Shown piece after piece: positions 24,429 through 36,867 of a stretch of DNA of 64,000 nucleotides. Origin of the DNA: Trichoplax adhaerens (Eukaryota; Animalia; Placozoa). Numbering within the stretch: the first letter of the stretch is position 1; each line of letters begins with the position of its first letter. The position numbers and the translations under genes were made by a program. The notes beneath the pieces were generated by a model. That model had not been told where the DNA came from and did not search any database. It worked only from the letters and a program-made list of their open reading frames with translations. Where the stretch lies: contig NW_002060964.1 of the NCBI RefSeq assembly GCF_000150275.1, positions 301,643-365,642 of the forward strand, written 5' to 3'.

Positions 24429-25667
24429 CCAAAGTATGCCAATATAATATATTGGTAGTTTACATGAACTATCAAATGCACTTATTTTTTGCGTTTAAAT
24501 TATGCCTATAATGTAAGTAGCTGCTGCCATCGTAGACTAAAACTTTTTTCTAGTCAATATTTTATAAAGACACTAAATTCTTAATAGTAAGATTCATTTT
24601 GTTATTTCAGATCAGCCAAGTTGCGATTTCGAAATTAACAATCTCATAATTGTTGACATAGCACGTAATGATCATATTCAATTTCGGTATAAGATAACTT
24701 AATGATTGATTATTTAATCTCTAAGTAACGGTAACACCTTCATTACTTTTAATCCGCTTTATTTGTTGATTGTATCTTTAGATCGACAAAAGTACTTACT
24801 CATATTTATGATTTTTGATTTAGAAATAATTAATCATAGAAGATTAATTTTAATTTTTTTATTAATCTACCTTTATAGCCTCTTATAATGTAAACTGATA
24901 TTGCTAGATATTGGTATTTTGTCAAAACGAAAAAATGTTTTGTCGCACTAGGTAATACCGATAGATTGAGCATGATAAAAAATATCCCAAAATAAATAAA
25001 TTGCAAATAACTGCCAATAAACGCAGTATACAACGTATTGTAGCAGAATATTAAACGCGTAAATGTGCGAATGAACCAAACAAGGCCATTATCTAGTCTA
25101 GTATAATATCTTTTTTTTCATTTTATTTTCCTGAATCGTTTATAAAATCCATTTAATGCTGTATCGTAAAATTTAAATGGAAAATAAGATATTTAGGAAA
25201 TCCGTCTCGTCTAGGGGCTGATAAAATAAAGCAATGCACATTAATTGGTAAATGCTTTTCCAAGTCGAATAAATAAATTGTCGAGCAATTACATCTATAA
25301 TGTTAATTTTGGTAGCAATTACAGACTCCATTGTACTAACTGTGTTGCTGAAAAATGAACAAATATCAAATATTGCCAAATTGATCATAGACATTTTACA
25401 TTATAGCAAGATCACATCTATAATCATTAACACTCTCGGATATTTTTATATTCATACAGCAACCTTATGTGTTGCAAAACTCCAACTACAACATGGTGTT
25501 TTTGCTATTTATTCTATTGAATGTCAAGTAAATGTTTCTTCAATTGTGTACTTAGTCACTTGAAATTTGTTCTAATTTCATTATTTCTGGCTTTAATTAA
25601 TATAATTTATGTTTTTATATTGGCAATACTAGGGAGAAAAGATTAACGATACAGTGAACTGAAAAGA

Positions 25668-26827
25668 ATGAAAGCGATTACTGTCATTTTATTAGCAATC
25701 CTTGGTTTCAATTCTTTAGCCCATGGAAATAAGGTTAGAGTGATGTATCTCATTTTTTTTACCTTTAAGTATATGTTAGATTTAATAAGTGTAAGAATTT
25801 GTATTTTAGTAATTTATTATTTGCATGGACTTATAGTATTCTTGTCAAATAAAATATATAAAAATCGCCAAATTTAAGGGAAAAAACTCGGTATCTTATT
25901 TAGTTTAACTATTATTTCGATTAGGGAAAAAGAGATGTTACATCGCATTCTTTAAAATATGAAATAGACCATGGCGCTTTAAACTCATGCAAACTACCCA
26001 GCATTAAAGTTAGAACCTTTTGCAACACTATGAATGCTTCCGTTCCATCGTATATTGTGGATACAGCTGCTAAGCAAATGAATTATATCGTAGATTATAT
26101 GAATACTCAAACATCTAAATACACTTCTGCGTGTGTTACTGCTGCTCGAGATATTGTCTGTAAAGGACTATTACCCCAATGCTCTTCTGATTTTAGAATA
26201 TTATCATTCCTGAGCACAAGTAAATCTTGCCAATCAATTAATTCATGCCCAACAGGTTTATTTACTGCCATTGGTAGAACTTCTGCTGCACTATGCAGCC
26301 TGTCCGGCAAGCAGTACAGTCTTACTACCTGTGTTAACCCAGCAATAACCAACATTAATTCCGTTCATTGCCACGCTTTACCAAATATTACCGTACCTTC
26401 TTGGATCGTTCCAGTTTTAAAAGCACAAGGAAATGCGATTAATGCGCAGCGATTAGCATATAGTCTTGTTGGAGTTGAACAAAGTTGTACTAGTCAATGG
26501 ACAAACTTTTTATGTCGCTCTCTAGTAAGTTGCAATCATGATCAAAATCGAATTATTAGCTTTGGCTGGAGTAAAGAAGAATGCACTTCCTCGCTGAAGT
26601 GGTAAGCTTAAGTAGCCATTTCAATTTATTGCGAGATCTTGCTCTCTGCTGATTAATTCATAATATCTATTTGAATTAATTTTAGTTTACCTGCGATCTT
26701 AAAGACATCAACGGAAGACCAATTTGATTGCAATATCTTTCCTAGTAAATCGGATAGTGCTGGATTATCATCTCATTTTAGTTTAATTGCAGCTACTTGG
26801 TTATTAGCTGTATGGATATCTGAGTAA
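25668..26827 (+). CDS. Secreted, putatively GPI-anchored double Frizzled-like CRD protein (paralog 2); exons 25668-25733, 25925-26601, 26686-26827
   Basis: Same exon structure and Cys spacing as paralog 1: MKAITVILLAILGFNSLAHGNK, CVTAARDIVCKGLLPQC, CTSQWTNFLCRSLVSC, FDCNIFP, tail SDSAGLSSHFSLIAATWLLAVWISE. Confidence 0.85.
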
Positions 26828-27363
26828 TCGAATTGTTGTTCACCTTAGATGCATTCATTAATAATAATTCATATTATACTAGATAGTCCGTTTGCTTACG
26901 TTCTCTGCCTATTGCCTTATAGAAATAGCATCAAAAGATTTATCTTAAACATTTAGAAACTGAAAATGGATACCGAAATTTAGGAGGGTATTATATTGCC
27001 TTTGCTAGCCAATTGTGCAATATTTGATCAAGATTTTGGTTTCTTCAATTACATAGACATGAAATAAAACGAGCTAATAAAACTGTTATTCTTATCTACT
27101 CTGCAAATATATATTAATGCCACATACTAATGAATGTTCCAGTTAAACTGCAATATCATTTGCAGTATATTTGGAAGTTAAAAGCGTATTTTAAAGATTA
27201 AGTACTAGCTCTTGTAGAATTTGATATTTGTAAGTAAGCTTTAAAAATAAAATACATCTAAAACCTCTTAGTGCGGTGTCAGTTATTTCCTGTGTTCGCA
27301 TTCTGTGAAGTACTAAGAGCCGGAGTACCTAGAATTCTTATATTTTAAGGCCCAATCGTAACA

Positions 27364-27801
27364 CTTTAAGTAATCATCAATTAGGTTATTTTATGAAATG
27401 ATTGGTTAATTGTTTAAAATTAATAATAATTAGATGCTTTATAAGTGATCATCAACTAGGTTATTTTATAAAATGACTGGTTAGTTTATAAAATTGATAA
27501 AGATTCGGTGACTTTATAAGTAATCATCAAATATATTATTTTATAAAATGACTGGTTAGCTTTACAAAATTAGTAATGATTCGATGACTTTATAATCATC
27601 AAGTGAGTAACGTTATAAAAATGACTGGTTTGCTTGATAACATTAGTACTGAATTGATGACTTTATAAATAGTCCTCAACTTGGTTATTTTAGAAATGAT
27701 TGCTTAGCTGCATAAAATTAGTAATTATATGATAACTTTATAAATAAATATAATCAGCAACTGGGTTATTTTATAAATGACTGTTTGGCTTCATAAAATT
27801 A
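27364..27801. repeat. Degenerate tandem repeat, ~6 copies of ~75 bp
   Basis: ctttataagtaatcatcaa..aggttattttataaaatgactggttag...aaaatt recurring. Confidence 0.9.
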
Positions 27802-28175
27802 TTAGCTCAGTAAACTTATCGTCCTATGTACACTCTATCGGTGCTCGCGGATACAGAAGGATGACATAAAATTGAGTTATATTTATAATAAAGAAGATTC
27901 TAGACTTGATTCTAGCGAAAACTAGTATCTGTATTTAACCCCCATTGGAAGCAGTTCCTGTGTTATAATAGTACTTGCAACATCGTTGAATCACATAATT
28001 TAAGCTGAATATGTCTGTCGTACAGATGCATAGCTAGCGCAACTCGAATTTTATTCATTTAACAAACTCCAATTTGAATTCTATATTAATTAAGCCTTGC
28101 TGAAGCCTTAATATCCTATTAGATTGGACGTAGAGATCAATCTCGATGTGGCTGTATCATTTTTAATTGGAAAAG

Positions 28176-28470
28176 ATGAATGACCAATCTACTGAGTCGA
28201 TCAGCTTTCAACAATTAGAATGGTTATTGAGAATAGGTTTAGAATATTATCAATCCAGTAGTCTTAATAAAGTAGTATCGTGCTACAGACTAGCATTAGA
28301 CAACATGAAAGTGATCGCCGAAGGGACTGTAGAACTTGATCAACTTCGATACAAAGTTTATCTCTCTCTTTGTGACATGTATCTTGTAAGAAACGAATTG
28401 ATGAATGCATTTCATTTTATTAAAAGCCAACAATTGAGGCTGTAAATTGACTGAAATTCAGATTGTAAAG
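28176..28470 (+). pseudogene. Truncated paralog of the N-terminus of the neighbouring TPR gene
   Basis: MNDQSTES...LDQLRYKVYLSLCDMY aligns with MGNKSTKS...LYQLQYYIYFDMADSY; it ends after ~90 codons with no repeat array following. Confidence 0.55.
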
Positions 28471-29080
28471 TTTAGTCTCGGAAGAGAGAAAATAACTATT
28501 TTATTGATGAGGTGTTCCATAGTTTGATTTATACAACAGACATGATGCTGAATAGACCGGCCTATAGACTGCTATCGATTTTGATATTCAACAGTCATTT
28601 TATGCCAAAAATAAATAAGTGGGCACTGTTATTTTAAGACCTTTCTCGTCAACAGCATGAGCTAAACATCTAAAGCGTAAAGATTGTGAGATAAACGACT
28701 ACAGTTTTTTAATTCATCACTCCACTCGCTAATCATCGTGTATCGAAAGCCTAGGCTAATATGTATGTTTCTCATCATGTTTTAACTCCTAACTTCCTAT
28801 CACTGGATGCAAGCTACTGAAACGATTAATTTCTAATTCTATCTCGGTTGTAACTATTTTTACAATCTAATTTACTCCTGTTATTACTTTCATAATTGCT
28901 TGCAAACTATACAGTATACTGTTACTGAATTGTACTTGGTATGACCACAGTACTCTAACTCGAGCGAACCTATTGAACCTATTATCGATTCCTATTTCTT
29001 GTATAATTCTTAATTGCTATTAGATATACCTCACAGATTATCGAACTAACAATCTTTATATAATCAAAAGAAAAAAGAAT

Positions 29081-29212
29081 ATAGACTATATTGTCTACCT
29101 ACGTTGAATTTATGGCCTTATATTTATATGATAGTTAATTTACGATCGTATAGACTATATTGCCTACATACGTTGAATTTATGGCCTTGTTTTCATATGA
29201 TAGTTAATTTAT
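29081..29212. repeat. Two ~69-bp direct copies
   Basis: atagactatattg(t/c)ctac.tacgttgaatttatggcctt....atatgatagttaattta occurs twice. Confidence 0.9.
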
Positions 29213-30740
29213 AGTCAATCTAAAAATCAATTCACTACATTAATCCTAGGATAGTCATAAAAGTTCATCAGCAACTTTCAGAGCTGCTATAATCTTGCCG
29301 AGGCATACCGTTATATAATCACAATACATATATATGAATACTACTTAAGATAATTCCATGAAAAGTATCTCCCATTCATTATTCTACCACTACTAGCAAA
29401 GGATATATTCCTATCGCTATAATTGACAAAATCTGGCAAATCATGCATTACAAATAGCTAAGATATATGGGCTAGAGTTAGCGTTTGTCGTTTTCGTTTA
29501 ATTATCAATTTATAACTATATCTATATCAAGTACAGTTTAGTGTCTAATTGGCCATGCTAATACTACACAACATTTCTGTACGGCTGTCTCTTCCTTATC
29601 GTTTTTCCCGTTCTAACAGTGATATAAAACACTCCTAACTTGATTTTAAGCCCAAGTAATACTATCTGTCGCGATAGGTGGATATCGAAAAGCGACCTCT
29701 TTTTAGCCTTAGCCAGTATAAAGTTATCATTAAAAGATTGAAATGGAGGAGTTTAGACCATATTGTATTCATCTATGTAACATCAAGATCTGTTTTGACC
29801 ATTATTTATTAAACGCACTCTAAAATTATTACATGACTCAGCGTATCATTTCTTTAACAATAGTAAAATCGCAGTCTATATCAATATAATAACTTAGACC
29901 AGTGGAAAAACCAGGAAGAAAGCAGTCTGTATAATGCTAGGAAAATCACTGAAAGCTTCTTTACCAAATCTGAGGAATAAAAATATCACTCTTGTGCCTA
30001 ATAGCGTTTACGATGAGGCACTTATATGGTGTTCGAGTTGAGTACATCAATCAAAAGTAACAAGATATTATCGTTCTGCTTAAGGTGAATTAATAGCTAT
30101 AATAACACATAGTGAATATAATTCAGATTGATCTCTAGCAAACTACCAGTATATTGCAATTAGACTGTATTTGAATGAAAAATTATCTCCAATTTGAATA
30201 ACATTGATTGATTATATTATACATAAACGTTTCGTAGAATTGGCCTAGCATGCAATGGACCTGTGATGATTAAGTTTAAAGATTAATTTAATCTCTGCTT
30301 TTATTATTTGACGAACAGTAAAAAAAAAAAAATTAGTCGTTTACAATGAACCAGCATGTTTCAAATCAATCTAAAAAATAATTATAAGTTTTACGGAAAA
30401 AAAGATCAAAATGCACTCTATAAAGCTTCATGCAAAATTTAATGATTGTTAATAAAATAAGGAAGACAAGGCGATTCCATTAATTCAATGGCATATGCAG
30501 CCGCCTATGTCAAGGTACTGTTCTATGGCTACGCGTATTTGAATTAAAATGGCTAGTCTCAACTTTATTACTAACTAAAGCATTTCCGACTGTACTAGAT
30601 TGAAGAAATGAATTCGACAGTGGCTGTTTTTGAGCCGGATTGCGACGCATAGCTTGTATTCATTTTTATAGATTTTTGTATCAGGAGCAATGCTTTATAA
30701 TTATTTCCTACTTTTAGTTATGATGGCCGATGATCAATCG

Positions 30741-32366
30741 TCATGGCTTTGCAGCTTCTTCCAATTTGCGTTGTTGATCGTGACATTGGGCAATTCTTTG
30801 CTTATCCAAAACCACTTGAGCATGATCTTCTCCATAGAGATTGAGTAAAATAGCGACGGACTTTTGCAGACAGGAGATTGCCTGCGAATATTTAGACAGT
30901 TGACGATAGGCTTCTGCTTGATTTCGGTATAATTGCGCAGTGTTTGCATGGTTCTCACCCACTGTTGCTAAACAAACTTGCAGTGATTTGCTATACATGG
31001 ACAGAGCATCCGTAAGATTGCCTCGAAGCCGATGCACGTCTCCTATATTGTTATACGACATTGCAACATCGGGATGATTTTCGCCCCGGAAATCGAGGTA
31101 AATCTTGAGCGATTTATTCAACATGGTTAGAGCATCGTTGTACTTGTATCGATGCTTATAGATCAGCCCAATGGTGTTATACGACATAGCAATATCAGGA
31201 TGATGATTTCCAAGAACTGCTAGTTGAATCTTTAACGATTTACTATGCATTAATAAAGCATCATCGTACTTGTGTTTATAGCTGTAAACTTCTCCAATGT
31301 TGTTATAGGTGCTAGCAAGACTTGGATGATCATCCTTAAAGATGGTCAACTGAATCTCGAGCGATTTATGGAACATAGCCAGTGCATCGTCATGTTTACC
31401 CTGGCTCTCATAAACACTTCCAATATTGTGATAGGTTGTTGCAATATAGAGATCGTCTTTTTCAAGTCTTGTTAGTTGAATCTGTAGTGATTTATTCAAC
31501 ATGGATAGAGCTTCATCGTACTTGCCTTGATTACTACAGACAAGCCCAATATTATGATAGGATATAGCAATATTTGGATGATTGTCACCCAGTTGTACTA
31601 GTTTAATCTTCAGTGATTTGTTATACATCGATAGTGCATCATCATATTTGCCTTGATGCTTGTAAATTCCACCAAATTTATCGTAGAAGATACTAATACT
31701 GGGATGATTTTCACCAACTTTGATCAATTGGGCTTTGAACGACTTATCCAACACGGATAATGCTTCATCATATTTTCCCTGCTTGCTATAAATGTCTCCA
31801 ATATTATGAGAGAGCTCAGCAACATCGAGATGATCATTGCCCTTAATCGATAGTTGAAACCGAAGCGATTTTTCGTACATGGCTATGGCTTCATCATACT
31901 TGCCTTGCTTACTGTAAGCAAGGCCAATATTACTGTAGGACTCACTGACCTCGATGCTATCCATGCCTAATGATTTCAATTTCATTTTAAACGATTTCTT
32001 ATAATCATTCAGGGCGCCATCAGTATCATCTCGTAGTAGTTTGATATCTCCTTGCCTATCGATACACTCTGCAATCTTGATTTTATCCTTTAATTTCTCT
32101 GCCAAGTTTTCTGCTTTTTGACTCCATTCATTAGCTTCCTTCCATTGACTTTGCCCTTTATAGGAGTCAGCCATGTCAAAGTAAATATAATATTGAAGTT
32201 GATAAAGACGATTACTACTATGATGTTTCGACTTGATTTGAGCTATAGCCTTATTGAAATAAATCAAGGCTTGTTCATAATTACACTCTTGCTGATATTT
32301 CCGACCCTTTTCATGAAGCGAATTGATTTCGTTCCGAAAACTCGACTTGGTAGATTTATTACCCAT
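30741..32366 (-). CDS. Intronless TPR protein (42-aa kinesin-light-chain/nephrocystin-3-type repeats) with N-myristoylation motif
   Basis: About 10 repeats of SYxNIGxVYxxQGKYDxALSMxNKSLKIxLxxLGxNHPxIA; N-terminus MGNKSTKS fits MGxxx(S/T)K. Confidence 0.92.
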   Translation of the reverse strand: MGNKSTKSSFRNEINSLHEKGRKYQQECNYEQALIYFNKAIAQIKSKHHSSNRLYQLQYYIYFDMADSYKGQSQWKEANEWSQKAENLAEKLKDKIKIAECIDRQGDIKLLRDDTDGALNDYKKSFKMKLKSLGMDSIEVSESYSNIGLAYSKQGKYDEAIAMYEKSLRFQLSIKGNDHLDVAELSHNIGDIYSKQGKYDEALSVLDKSFKAQLIKVGENHPSISIFYDKFGGIYKHQGKYDDALSMYNKSLKIKLVQLGDNHPNIAISYHNIGLVCSNQGKYDEALSMLNKSLQIQLTRLEKDDLYIATTYHNIGSVYESQGKHDDALAMFHKSLEIQLTIFKDDHPSLASTYNNIGEVYSYKHKYDDALLMHSKSLKIQLAVLGNHHPDIAMSYNTIGLIYKHRYKYNDALTMLNKSLKIYLDFRGENHPDVAMSYNNIGDVHRLRGNLTDALSMYSKSLQVCLATVGENHANTAQLYRNQAEAYRQLSKYSQAISCLQKSVAILLNLYGEDHAQVVLDKQRIAQCHDQQRKLEEAAKP

Positions 32367-33107
32367 ATTTCAGTTTTGAACCTCAATGAAGAGATGGAGC
32401 GTGAAAAAGTCAATTTTCTATACCATTCTTGACCTAAAACAAAACTTTAATGGTGTGATTATGCATGGAATGGATTGATAGTATCATCTAAAATAGTGAT
32501 CTTTCATTATACAGGAAGATTTCGTAGACTATCTCAATCAGAAATGGATTCAAGTCGATAAAATTGGATACTTTATACTTAGTTAACGTTTGTTAGCGCC
32601 CATCCATCATTGCATCAGCGTTAACAGAGAGCAGCGACTAAATTGCACATGCTTTAGTGCAGTATTAATATCTTTGTCTACTTAGTTTCTCAAGACACGG
32701 ATAATCCAAATAATTCATCATAAAGTCCGTAATTAGCATATTTGACGTCAAGTTAGTTAAATATTAAGCATCAGACCAAATAAAAAATTAGCACAACACT
32801 AGCAGAATATCTATATTACAATAGCATTTTAATTACCAAGTATTATTTATCGATACGAAGAAACTGACTAAGTAAACTGTGGCTAGAAAGTGAATTCATA
32901 GGAAAAAGTAATACTTTAATAGCATAAGCTGTCTAATAGCTGTTAATTTTAATTTAAAGTCTTGTAATTAAACTGATTAATGTTATTACACTATATCATC
33001 ATTGATATCAATATAAAACTTGAATATCGATTATATCGTAAACCAATTCAAACATTCAAAACTATAAGAAATCATGTTTAGGGTAAGGAACAGGCTCTTA
33101 GGATTAG

Positions 33108-33352
33108 TTTGTATACGCCTGCATAATACGATTATAATGAATTATTACTGATTTTAATGAGGAGCGATTTTTTATTGGTCAAGACAGTTTAGGTTATGTT
33201 ATTTATTAATTAACTAAACCAAATTCTAAACGCGTATTATGCTTAATGTTGGCAATAGGGTAAGTAATAGGCAGATAGGGTTCGTATACGCCAGCATACA
33301 CGATCATAATGGGCTCATTGATTTTAATGAGGAGCGATTTTTTATTGGTCAA
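33108..33352. repeat. Two ~73-bp direct copies
   Basis: gtatacgcc.gcata..cgat.ataatg...tgattttaatgaggagcgattttttattggtcaa near 33110 and 33284. Confidence 0.85.
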
Positions 33353-34399
33353 CATAGCTTACATCATATCATTAATTGATTCATCCGTATTCTATAATAA
33401 GTACGCTCTTGCTTGTGATTCACTTGAGGCAAAAATTGAATTAAGGGATAGTCTCATTAATATGTAAAAGTTCGACAAAATAAATTGCAACCGGTTATTG
33501 TATTTCTATATTAGTTTGTAAAAGATTTCCATCTACTATCATACTAGCAAATCAAATTCAAGTTACTGATGACATTGATGTTATAAGTAAGCTCTATTAG
33601 CTTATGCCTTGAAAATATTCTACAATTCTAAGCTATCAATGCAAAACGCTACTTTAAAGTCTTCGTATTGACATAGAAGTATAAACTATCGTGCCAGGTT
33701 AAATATAATTCTTGATTACTATTTAGAATCCTTTACTCTATCGTACAGTCAATGGTATTGGACTAACGTTTACCTACTAGCAATGAGGTGGTTATTATTA
33801 GATAAGTTATCCAAAAATTGACCGATAATCATCTTATCAACGATGCTTTGTCCATTTAGATAGAAAACTGCATATTTGATATAATATTACATAATTCAAT
33901 GATGATAATTTAATGTTTGGGCGCTTTGTATATAACATATATATTCATTACAATACCAACGAATCAAATTAGAGTTGGTAATTATTCTAATGTTAGAAGG
34001 TTTGCTTTATTAGCAATTGTAGTATATTTAAAATATATTTTGATTCCAACTTAATAATGCAAAATGCCATTTAAAGTCTTTTGCGTTCACCTATAAACTA
34101 TCCCTTTAAGTCCCTTATAATTCTTGGTTATAATTTTTCAACATTATGCCCGTGAACTATTACTTCGATCACATCAAAACAGGTTTAGTAATGGACTTTA
34201 TTGAAATATCGATCCGGTACATGATTTCCGATTTGTATCGTATACTTTATTAATATAGTCATGCATTCAAAATACTGCATCTATACACATATATTTTTGT
34301 AAGCCAATTCATTAACCATTTAGGTTACAGCATATTTTAATAAATAAATTTAGAAGATATTGCTGTAATGAAAATGCTTGAAATATCTCACTTTCTCAT

Positions 34400-35197
34400 T
34401 CAGATATCTGCCGTTCTCGCATTTTTTTCTTTAACATGGCTTGCTGTATCATTGATCTTCATCCTGCGTAGGATCGCAATGACCTTGAAAATATTCGGTC
34501 CCGAAGCAGCGTTTCGTTTCCAGGATCTTGAAACTTAAAATGTTTTCGCATATAAACTTGGATCTTCTTTGTTTAATTGAATTTTATCCATCTCTGTATT
34601 TACTATACTTAGCAAAATGTTTAAACGAAATAACTTGTTTGCGGGAAGTTAACTGGCTATAATGCCGAAGCATGCATTGCACATGTATGTATCTAGAGTA
34701 AAATCAAAATTTAGTGACACATTAGAAATTGCACTCTCCAATTCTTTAAGCTTACATTTGATCTAGGTAACTAATGATCATAGCGAGCCAATATATTTTA
34801 CAATTATAATAAATTAAATTGATAATTTAGTCTCGTCCGTAAACTGTTACCCTTATTATCTATTAATGCAACCTTGAATAGTTTTATGTTCGGTCTGCGA
34901 TAACTTTGAATCTTATAACAGCACCTAAAGTAGTCATTTATTTTTATATCACTGCTAACTTATCGTAAGGGGTAACAACGGAAGTTAAGTATTTCATTGA
35001 CAAATTATAACATTCATTTGCTAGAAATAAAGCCTCAACTTGAAAATGAGAACAGATGGACTAGAACCTATCGAATAGAATCTAGTACTATCAATAGTAA
35101 ATTACCATTTCCACTAGATGATGTTTAGTACATTCGATTTTCCTGTTGCTATTGTTGGGGTTAATTTAAAAGTTGTATCATAGCAATTAGTGAAAGA
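34400..35197 (-). pseudogene. Death-domain-containing pseudogene, three exons (35197-35106, 34924-34851, 34692-34400) (relic D)
   Basis: Phase-compatible GT-AG exons give SFTNCYDTTFKLTPTIATGKSNVLNII*WKWCCYKIQSYRRPNIKLFKVALIDNKDTYMCNACFGIIAS*LPANKLFRLNILLSIVNTEMDKIQLNKEDPSLYAKTF*VSRSWKRNAASGPNIFKVIAILRRMKINDTASHVKE; helix pattern and Trp match a death domain; three in-frame stops. Confidence 0.6.
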
Positions 35198-35857
35198 CTA
35201 ATGATCATAATTTCGTGCTACTATGCAGCTCCAAATCAGCTCAAGATTAAAATTATTAGATTACGTAAAAATAGGTATAAATAGTTCAATTGTACCAAGT
35301 ATGTGAGTACTGTGAGATTAATATTGTAACTGCTTAATTAAAAGCGTGAATTATGAATAGATTGCACGATAGTCAATTTAGAACTAATCTTGCGACTTCA
35401 TTAGCATTATAGAATTGTGCTGCCAAAAAATCATTCTGTAATTATAGATAAATGATGAATTTTTTTGGAATAATTTAGATAGTCTGATGGCAATTAGATA
35501 GTCCTTAGCAGTTGTTAATTGATCCTAATTTATGCCATAAATTGAAGTTGACAAGAAACCGTTCTTGTTGTTTTATTATTTTGCAGAAACTTTATCTCAC
35601 ATGCTGATAAACTAACTCAATATCAAATACTGAATATTGCCAATTTTCTTTAATTGTATTATAAAATTATCACCAAAGGTACTGTAGGTCTGTGGCTGTC
35701 GCCAAAAAAAGTTTTCGATGGTACATCGAATTCCATGTTCTTAATCTATATTTATATCTACATCTAGCTATATATCTCATTAAAATTATACCTGCTATTT
35801 TATCTGTCTTCTGCCCGCCTCTGTAAGCCTGCGTGTTTCATATCCTTAACGTACATA

Positions 35858-36245
35858 GATAGATCAATTCGCGTTTAACAGTATCTAAACTCAATGCAAC
35901 TCTACATTAATCGTTGATAATGCCACGATGCGTATGCCTGAAATTGGATAGATCAATTAATTCGCGTTTAAAAGCCTTAACAATACCAAAAGTAAAGCCA
36001 TTGCTACTGTTAATGAACGGTTGATGATGCCATAATGTGTTTGCATGAAATTGAATGGATCAATTTGTGTAGAGTATAAAAGTTTTAAAAGTACCGAAAG
36101 CAATTACAACTGCACATGAATCGCTGATGATGGCTTGATGCACTTGGATAAAATTGGAAGATTAATTCGTGTTTAAAGCCCTAATGATATTAGAAGTAAA
36201 AACCATGACTACTGCTAATGAATCATGCATGATACCATGACGAGT
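35858..36245. repeat. Degenerate tandem repeat, ~4 copies of ~90-110 bp
   Basis: gatcaattcgcgttta...aatcgttgat(a/g)atgcca..atg......tgaaattg recurring. Confidence 0.8.
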
Positions 36246-36867
36246 TTGGGTAATCGGTCCTATCAGTTTTTATTGACTATGAATATTATCCGCTTCACAT
36301 AGTCTGTAATCAATACCTCCTAATCCATATTTCTGACTCTTAAGCCATTATGAGCAAAACCTTAATCCATGCCGTTCAAAAGGATCAAGCTTATTCAATT
36401 ACCCTTCTATTCATTCAACAAGGAAAATACTGTTATACAAGTTTACGATAAGGATTCTACACTTCATCAATTTTTCAAAATAAAAAGTAAAAAAATAGCT
36501 GTATCCGTCTAGTTCATGGTTTGCGTTCAACAAAGAGAAAGTTTAATAGTTAAACTATTATGGTATTGCATGCATCGATTGAAAACAAATTAAACAATAT
36601 TTCCATTACAGTATGAAACAAATAGAATAAATGAGTTGAAATAATAGTGGATATCGTTAAAAATTGGCTGTAGCTATGCTAAATAGTGCTATTTGAAGAG
36701 CATAATATGATCAAGAAATATCCGATCAAAACGGATGGTAACAGCTATTGCTTTTTCTATCTCTTGCCTGGCACTATGAATAGTCATTTACTTCCTACAA
36801 TACAAATAATATTATTTATTCAATAAGGATTAAAATACATGCAATCAATAAGGTCCACGTTGGCCAG

